Source: an uncultured Verrucomicrobia subdivision 3 bacterium (GTDB lineage: Bacteria > Verrucomicrobiota > Verrucomicrobiia > Limisphaerales > UBA11358). From it: a DNA stretch of 63,766 nucleotides. The notes below the pieces were generated by a model, which saw only the letters and a program-made list of their open reading frames with translations, did no database searches and was not told where the DNA came from. The stretch covers positions 1-63,766 of the forward strand of contig CAIJGS010000008.1 in the NCBI GenBank assembly GCA_903820285.1. The letters run 5' to 3'. This document shows positions 37,658-44,328 of this stretch, piece after piece. Within the stretch, counting starts at the first letter, position 1; each line of letters opens with the position of its first letter. Position numbers and translations under genes: made by a program.

Positions 37658-40588
37658 CTATTTGCCTCGGCGAATGGAGATGGCGCCGTTCACGGTATTG
37701 GCTTTGAACTGGGCACCGCCGCCATTAAGCGTGCCGTTCAACTTGTGGCCGACGGGGCCATCTTTTTTGGGTGCCAGAGCGGGGAATTCGCTGGTAATGC
37801 GACCGTTCACGCTGTTGGCGGTAACGTCGACGCTGGCATCGGCGGGGAGGGAGGTTTCGATGCGTCCGCTGACATTGTCCAGCGAAACGTTTTGCCCGTC
37901 ATCCAGAGTGGCAAAATCTGCAATAAGCCGGCCGTTGACATTGGAAAGGTTCAGGCTGCCGGCAACGCCGCTGGCCTTGATTTCGCCGTTCACATTGGAG
38001 GCATGGATGTCGCCAGCTACCCCGTCAATGGAGGTGCGACCGTTCACGTTGGAAATGCTGTCCAGCCGGGCGTGACGCGGCACCTGGATGACATAGTCGG
38101 CACTGGGAGAACCATCACCGTGAAACCGCAGCCAGCCGATGAACCCGCCATACTCTTCGGCAATATGCGGGGGATGAATGACCACCTCGTTGGTGGCGGA
38201 GCGGACATCAAAATTGTAGGAATTCACCAGGTCTGGGTCCCTGCCATGCACGGTGGCTTTCAGAACGACTTCATTTTTGTCGGTGCCGGTGATTTCGATG
38301 CGGCCGTTGACATTATCAATGCTGAAGCGGCCGTCGGGAGCGAGCGGGAGGGTCATGGTGATATCCCGCTCGGCTTCGCCCTGAGAGCTGCTGGCGAAAA
38401 CGTGCGGCACGGTAAACATGCGGACCGCCATAAAGACCAGCACCACCACCAGAATCAGCATGACAATAAATGCGATCAGAAAGCCGATCAGGATTTTGCC
38501 AGGTCCCCAACCGACGCTGTGGGGTATGGCCCCGGGGGTGGCCGGTGGGCGGGCGGTGGACGGGCTGACGGTGGGACGAGGGGCCGGGCCGGCGGCAAAC
38601 CATGATTGCACATCCGAGCGGCCCAGGATGATCAGCGCCCAGATGCCAACGCCCAAGCCCAGCAGGCTACAGGACAGGATGGACAGGATCCCCGCCGCGA
38701 TGCCCCAACTATGGCTGCGGAGCCGGAACATCTGATAACCGCCATAGAGGACCAGCAGAGCAGGCACCAAACGGAATAATACGAACCCGATGCCGGTCAC
38801 CATGCCGCCAAACATCCAGCCAAATCCCAGAATGGCAGCCAGCCAGCCGGGGACGGCCATGAACATCATGAGGGCTAAGGGAATGGATATCAGCTTGAGT
38901 CCCGCAACGATCATGAGACCGACGGCCGGGGCCATGATCATGGGCGGAGCGGCAGATCCGGCGACACCGGCAGCAACAGGCGGCGGCCGGGAAATCGGCG
39001 GCGGATTCATCCCACCGGCGGCAACCGGCCGGGCCACCACTGGCGAGGGATGCAGCCAGTGGCGAAGTTTTTTGCCCTTCCCATCAGTGAATTCCTGGCA
39101 GAGGATCAGAATCCAATCTGTCACCGTCCAGATTCCGAAACCGCCGAGGGTGAACAAATGGAGAAAACCGGTGCCAATTTTACCGACATAGAACCGGTGG
39201 GCGCCAAACAATCCGAAAAAGGTGGCCAGCAGGAACGCGGGCAGGATGATTTTTTCACTCGTAACGGTGGCGCTGGTGTCAGCCACATTGGCCGGATGAT
39301 ACCAGTTGCGCAGTTTCTTGCCCCGGACATCGGTGAATTCCTTGCACAGGATGATGATCCAGTCGATGACCGTCCAGATGCCGAAACCGCCAAATGTAAA
39401 TAATTGCAGCAGGCCCGTGGCAATTTTGCCGACGTAAAACCGGTGCACGCCAAACACCCCGAAAAAGAAGGCAAGCAGGAAGGCGGGCAGGATGATTTTT
39501 TCGCTGGTGTCCGGATGGCCGGTAGTAGCCACCACCGGCGGGACCGGGCCGGGACCGCCGGGGGTGCCGCTGATGGTCTCCACGTCATCCTTGATCTGGC
39601 TGGCCTGGGAATAGCGGCGGTTAGGATTTTTTTCGAGGGCGCGCAGGACGACCTCATCAAGGCGGACATCCACCTGGACTTTCTTGGACGGAGCTTCAAT
39701 GCGTTTGCCGGGTAGTTCGCCGGTGAGCATCTGGTAAAAGACCACGCCGAGGGCGTAGATATCCGCGCGGTGATCCACCTCGCCCGGGGCCTTGATCTGC
39801 TCGGGCGACATGTACTGCGGCGTGCCCATGATCTTTCCGGACTCGGTAAATTCAGAGGTGCCGAGACCCGCGGTGCCAGCAGCGGCGGATTCATCCTCGC
39901 CCGACACGAGCTTGGCGAGTCCGAAGTCGGCGACTTTTACGCGGCCACGGCGGTCGAGCAGGATGTTCTCAGGTTTGATGTCGCGATGCACGATGCCCTG
40001 ATCGTGGGCGTATTGGAGGGCATCGCAAATCTGCGGGACAATGGCGAGAGCTTCGCGGGTGGAAATGCGGCCGCCATTGAGCAACTGGCGCAGGTTCACG
40101 CCATCCACATATTCCATGAGAATGAAATACAGGCGGGCGTCCTCGGGAGCCGGCGGCACGGCGGCGGGCCGCTGCACCGAGCCGAATTCGAAGAGGGTCA
40201 CTATGCCAGGATGGCTGAGGCGCGCGAGCGCCTTGGCTTCGCGGGTGAAGCGACTGGAAAAGGCCGCCGTATCGCCAATGCCGGGTGGGAGAATTTTGAG
40301 GGCAACCACGCGGTCGAGCTCTTTCTGCCGGGCCTTGTAAACGGCCCCCATACCGCCCTTGCCGATGAGCTCGATGATTTCCAATTGGGGGAAAAGCGGG
40401 GCAAGTTCGGCCACAGTGGGTGGCTGGAACGGCGGGGCGGGCGGCTGGCTGACGGTGTCGGCCGCCGCGCCGGCTTGGAGCAGGCAGACGGGGCAGAGTC
40501 CGACGAGCATGCCGTCAGGCAGGGGCGTCCCACATTGCGGGCAATGGCTGGGTTCGGGCATTGGCGGAGTCATTTTTACCGTGTCCAT
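37658..40588 (-). CDS. Hanks-type Ser/Thr kinase with N-terminal Cys4 ribbon, two tandem TM2 domains, further TM segments and C-terminal DUF4097-like beta-helix (STK2)
   Basis: 976 aa. CPQCGTPLP...GLCPVCL; IGKGGMGAVYKA, HRDIKPEN, DFGLAK, YMSPE. Two copies of KIILPAFLLAxFFGxFGxHRFYVGKIxTGxLxLFTxGGFGIWTVxDWIxILC. The C-terminus has VNGRIEITG/VNGRTSIDG/VNGEIKASG/VNGRLIADF/VSGRIETSL/VNGRITSEF repeats. Confidence 0.9.
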   Translation of the reverse strand: MDTVKMTPPMPEPSHCPQCGTPLPDGMLVGLCPVCLLQAGAAADTVSQPPAPPFQPPTVAELAPLFPQLEIIELIGKGGMGAVYKARQKELDRVVALKILPPGIGDTAAFSSRFTREAKALARLSHPGIVTLFEFGSVQRPAAVPPAPEDARLYFILMEYVDGVNLRQLLNGGRISTREALAIVPQICDALQYAHDQGIVHRDIKPENILLDRRGRVKVADFGLAKLVSGEDESAAAGTAGLGTSEFTESGKIMGTPQYMSPEQIKAPGEVDHRADIYALGVVFYQMLTGELPGKRIEAPSKKVQVDVRLDEVVLRALEKNPNRRYSQASQIKDDVETISGTPGGPGPVPPVVATTGHPDTSEKIILPAFLLAFFFGVFGVHRFYVGKIATGLLQLFTFGGFGIWTVIDWIIILCKEFTDVRGKKLRNWYHPANVADTSATVTSEKIILPAFLLATFFGLFGAHRFYVGKIGTGFLHLFTLGGFGIWTVTDWILILCQEFTDGKGKKLRHWLHPSPVVARPVAAGGMNPPPISRPPPVAAGVAGSAAPPMIMAPAVGLMIVAGLKLISIPLALMMFMAVPGWLAAILGFGWMFGGMVTGIGFVLFRLVPALLVLYGGYQMFRLRSHSWGIAAGILSILSCSLLGLGVGIWALIILGRSDVQSWFAAGPAPRPTVSPSTARPPATPGAIPHSVGWGPGKILIGFLIAFIVMLILVVVLVFMAVRMFTVPHVFASSSQGEAERDITMTLPLAPDGRFSIDNVNGRIEITGTDKNEVVLKATVHGRDPDLVNSYNFDVRSATNEVVIHPPHIAEEYGGFIGWLRFHGDGSPSADYVIQVPRHARLDSISNVNGRTSIDGVAGDIHASNVNGEIKASGVAGSLNLSNVNGRLIADFATLDDGQNVSLDNVSGRIETSLPADASVDVTANSVNGRITSEFPALAPKKDGPVGHKLNGTLNGGGAQFKANTVNGAISIRRGK

Positions 40589-40969
40589 GGCTACACCAGA
40601 AGCAAAACCGGCAAAATGTTACAAAAAAGTGTTCAGCGGGAACAATATGGTCAACGAACGAATCGCACGAACCAACATAAAACCTCGCTGGCACGACTTG
40701 CGGCAGGGAGACAATTGCAATCTCACGGAAATTAGCAGCAAACCAGATTCGGCAAATATATTTGCCGTTCTTTTGGTTACAAAAGAACAATGTTGCAAAA
40801 AGCACGGATTGCTCTTGGCAAAGTCTAGGGATTAAAGGAAGTTCGGAGGGTGGCAGGAGTGCAAAGATATGTGACCTTTGGTTTTAGACGGGAACGTTTT
40901 TTTAATACTGTTGGAAATCCGCTTCAGCCAGAAGACAATTTAAGTGAATCAAAAAATATAGACACGCCA

Positions 40970-41695
40970 ATGAAAATACCTGCCTTCATTCTTGCCTGTG
41001 CTGTGCTGGTTGCAGTCTCAATGCCGGGGCTTTCGCAAGGTTTCTATAATTTGGATTTTGAATCAGCCAAGATCTTTTCTCTCGTTGGCAACCCATATTA
41101 TCCTTACGGCATAACAACCTCAAATGCTTTACCCGGGTGGAACGTTACCGGTTATGGCTATACTGATCTAGTAACCTCCATTACTTATAACGCCCCTGCC
41201 TTGGGCTCCAGTTGGGTAAATCTTTGGGCAACCAATGGCCAGCAGATCAGTGGGAAATATAGCGTCCTATTGCAGGGTGGAATTGGCACCGGAGCTTCCA
41301 TCAGTCAAATTGCGACGCTGCCACTCTCTGCATATTCGATTCTGTTTGAGGCGCAGCCAGGATACGGGCTGTTGGAACTTTCTTTGGGAGGTCAAATCCT
41401 TCCTTTTTCACCCGTTGGGAATGGCTCCAATTACACCTTGTATGGAGCAAACATTCCATCGGCCATGTATGGCCAAACTGAACAGTTGATGTTCTCGGCC
41501 ATTGGCTATAATGGCGGCGGTGGAGTCAATAACTGGAACATAGACAATATTCAGTTTTCCTCTTCAACCGTCCCGGAGCCGGGCGTTTGGGGACTGGCCG
41601 GCTTGGGGGCTCTGGCGATTGGCTTGCGCCGGCGGCAATGGGATGGCACTCAAAAGATGAGAACACACCGCCTCAGAGCGATGTCAACCCATTGA
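40970..41695 (+). CDS. PEP-CTERM sorting-domain secreted protein
   Basis: ORF track gives 40850..41695. The signal peptide MKIPAFILACAVLVAVSMPGLSQG starts at 40970. VPEPGVWGLAGLGALAIGLRRRQ lies near the C-terminus, followed by an 18-aa extension. Confidence 0.8.
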   Translation: MKIPAFILACAVLVAVSMPGLSQGFYNLDFESAKIFSLVGNPYYPYGITTSNALPGWNVTGYGYTDLVTSITYNAPALGSSWVNLWATNGQQISGKYSVLLQGGIGTGASISQIATLPLSAYSILFEAQPGYGLLELSLGGQILPFSPVGNGSNYTLYGANIPSAMYGQTEQLMFSAIGYNGGGGVNNWNIDNIQFSSSTVPEPGVWGLAGLGALAIGLRRRQWDGTQKMRTHRLRAMSTH

Positions 41696-41781
41696 ACGGT
41701 GTGCGGTCGATATATTGAGGTAACTGGCGGCGGGGGCGCCGCTTTCACCCTGACTGCGACGGGGGCGTCGCAGCCACCTTA

Positions 41782-43044
41782 TCAGGCCGCCATGGCGTGG
41801 CCGGCCACATGGCCGGTGGTCCAAGCGGCTTGAAAATTAAAGCCGCCGGTGACGCCGTCAATGTCCAGTAATTCGCCGGCGAAATGGAGGCCGGGGCACA
41901 GTTTGCTTTCCATGGTTTTAAAATTCACTTCGTCGAGCTTTACGCCGCCACAGGTGACGAATTCATCCTTGTTCAGGCTTTTGCCGGTGACGCGAAATTC
42001 GGTGCGGAGCAGTTGTTGCGCGAGGGCCTGGGCCTGGGGTCGGGAGAGCGCGGACCACCGGGTATCACGCGGGACACCAGACGCGGCAACGAGTTGTTCC
42101 CATAGGCGGGTGGTGAGCGGGAAAAGGGGGACATTGAGCAACAGCTTGGCGCCGCAAGTGACGCGGCGGGCTTGGAATTCCTGCTGGATGGCTTCGGCAC
42201 TGGATTCAGGCAGCCAGTTGATGTGCAAAGCAAATTGATAATTCAAATCGTGCAAGGCGCGGGCACCCCACGCGGAGAGGCGCAGGATAGCCGGGCCGCT
42301 GAGGCCCCAATGAGTGATCAGCACGGGGCCGCGTTCGCGGAGTTTGGTGCCAGGCACGGAGACTTCGGCAGTGACGGCCACGCCGGCGAGGGATGCCAGC
42401 CAGGGGGAGGCGATTTGCAGAGTGAACAGGGAAGACACCGGTGCTTCGATGGTGTGGCCGAGGGAGGCGGCGAGCTGCCCGGCGGCAGCGGCACGGCAAC
42501 CGCCGGTGGCGAGGAGCAGGCGGTCGCAGATGAGCTTCTCATCGCCCACGGTGAGTTCGAATTGGCCGGCGGCATTTTTCACCACGCACTGGACGGAGCT
42601 GTTGAGGCGTACGGTCACGCCGGCAGCTTGGGCGGCGCTCACGAGGCAGTCCACGATGGTTTGGGAGGAATCGGTGATGGGAAACATCCTGCCGTCGGCT
42701 TCGGCTTTGAGTTTCACCCCACGGGCCTCGAACCAGGCGACGGTGTCGCGCGCGGAAAATTTTTGGAATGGGGAGAGCAGCGCCTTGCCGCCGCGCGGAT
42801 AGCGCGTGACAAATTCGCGAGGCTCGAAGCAGGCGTGGGTGACGTTGCAACGGCCGCCGCCGGAGATGCGGACTTTGTCCAATACGCGCGCGGTTTTTTC
42901 AAGCAGGATCACCCGACTCCCCTGCTCTGCCGCCGCGATGGCGGCAAAGAATCCCGCCGCGCCGCCGCCGACCACAATGATTTGCCTCGAATTCACCGGG
43001 ATAAAATCGCATAATCCGGGCCGTGCCCGAAGACAATTTGCCAA
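41782..43044 (-). CDS. HI0933/BaiN-family FAD-dependent flavoprotein
   Basis: 420 aa. IIVVGGGAAGFFAAIAAAEQG...RISGGGRCNVTH. The start is uncertain (an in-frame GTG at 42996 would remove the overlap with rsmH). Confidence 0.8.
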   Translation of the reverse strand: MANCLRARPGLCDFIPVNSRQIIVVGGGAAGFFAAIAAAEQGSRVILLEKTARVLDKVRISGGGRCNVTHACFEPREFVTRYPRGGKALLSPFQKFSARDTVAWFEARGVKLKAEADGRMFPITDSSQTIVDCLVSAAQAAGVTVRLNSSVQCVVKNAAGQFELTVGDEKLICDRLLLATGGCRAAAAGQLAASLGHTIEAPVSSLFTLQIASPWLASLAGVAVTAEVSVPGTKLRERGPVLITHWGLSGPAILRLSAWGARALHDLNYQFALHINWLPESSAEAIQQEFQARRVTCGAKLLLNVPLFPLTTRLWEQLVAASGVPRDTRWSALSRPQAQALAQQLLRTEFRVTGKSLNKDEFVTCGGVKLDEVNFKTMESKLCPGLHFAGELLDIDGVTGGFNFQAAWTTGHVAGHAMAA

Positions 43045-44078
43045 CTCCGTCCGCCACCGATGCCACCCCGCATGTTCGCCGCAAGCGTTACAGCGGGAAA
43101 AACCCCCGTCGGTTTGAGGAAAAGTATAAGGAACACGGAAGTGATGCGGCGACTTTGGCCAAGGTGATTGCCTCCGGCAAGACGCCCGCCGGGACGCACC
43201 GGCCGATCATGGTGCCGGAAATTCTGGCGGTGCTCGCCCCGCAACCGGGCGAAATTGCGGCCGACTGCACGCTCGGCTACGGCGGCCACACGCAGGAACT
43301 GCTGGCGCGGCTGGCACCGGGCGGACGCTTGGTCGGGCTGGACACGGATCCGATTGAGCTGCCCAAGACGGTGGAGCGCCTGCGGGCGCTGGGATTTGGC
43401 GAAGCTGTTTTTACGGCTCACCGCACCAATTATGCGGGGCTGCCGCAGGTGTTGTCAGGTTTGGGGATTGAGGGCGCAGACATGATTCTGGCGGACCTCG
43501 GCATTTCCTCGATGCAGATCGATGACCCGACGCGCGGTTTCTCGGTGAAGATGGATGGCCCGCTGGATATGCGGATGAATCCGCAGCGCGGCGTCCCTGC
43601 TTCGGTGCTGCTGCAAAAGACCAAGACGGATGCCTTGGCGACGATGCTGGAGCTGAACGCCGATGAGCCTAATGCCGTCAAATTGTCCCTGACCCTGGCG
43701 GAACAACATTATGCCACCACGCGGCAACTGGCCGAAGCCATCCGCGCCACCCTGCCCTATCTGGGCAAGGAAGACGCGGATCTGACGGTGCGCCGGGTGT
43801 TCCAGGCATTGCGGATTGCGGTGAATGATGAGTTCTCCGCACTGGACATGTTTTTGCGGAACCTGCCGTTCTGCCTCAAGCCCGGCGGCCGCGTGGCAAT
43901 TCTGACCTTTCATTCGGGCGAAGATCGCCGGGTGAAGAAGGCATTTGATGCCGGATATTACGACGGCACTTACAGCGACATCGCCAAGTCGGTGGGCCGT
44001 CCGACGCCGGAAGAGCAGCACTCCAATCCGCGTTCGGCCCCGGCGAAATTGCGCTGGGCGGTGCGGGCGAAGGCATAA
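43023..44078 (+). CDS. rsmH: 16S rRNA (cytosine1402-N4)-methyltransferase RsmH with about 60-aa basic N-terminal extension
   Basis: 351 aa with a GTG start. HRPIMVPEILAVL, TLGYGGHTQELL, GLDTDP, ADLGISSMQIDDPTRGFS, FHSGEDRRVK. Confidence 0.85.
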   Translation: MPEDNLPTPSATDATPHVRRKRYSGKNPRRFEEKYKEHGSDAATLAKVIASGKTPAGTHRPIMVPEILAVLAPQPGEIAADCTLGYGGHTQELLARLAPGGRLVGLDTDPIELPKTVERLRALGFGEAVFTAHRTNYAGLPQVLSGLGIEGADMILADLGISSMQIDDPTRGFSVKMDGPLDMRMNPQRGVPASVLLQKTKTDALATMLELNADEPNAVKLSLTLAEQHYATTRQLAEAIRATLPYLGKEDADLTVRRVFQALRIAVNDEFSALDMFLRNLPFCLKPGGRVAILTFHSGEDRRVKKAFDAGYYDGTYSDIAKSVGRPTPEEQHSNPRSAPAKLRWAVRAKA

Positions 44079-44328
44079 TCCGCCCCTCCCCGGAAACCGG
44101 CAGTCCAGCTGTCCCGCCACGAAATAATTTCACGCACTGCGCGTGAAGTTCACGCCCATTCCCGTCGCGAGCATGGGGTTACTTGCTCAAATTCCGCACA
44201 AACCGGCCAACTTATGCTTGGCAAGGTTAATGCTTTTCCCAACTCCTGTACGTTTACGTTTGAGCAACTGTAACAACAACAACCGTAACTCACTTATAAA
44301 AGGGTGAATTGCCTTAACGGATATTCCT

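Noticed and set aside
44269-44294. TGTAACAAC upstream of the Kelch gene, as a fifth copy of the candidate ECF promoter.
   Set aside because: With the 11-nt spacer the -10 position reads CTCACT. The nearby CGTAAC is only 6 nt from the 9-mer, so the geometry does not match the three sigma/STK copies.
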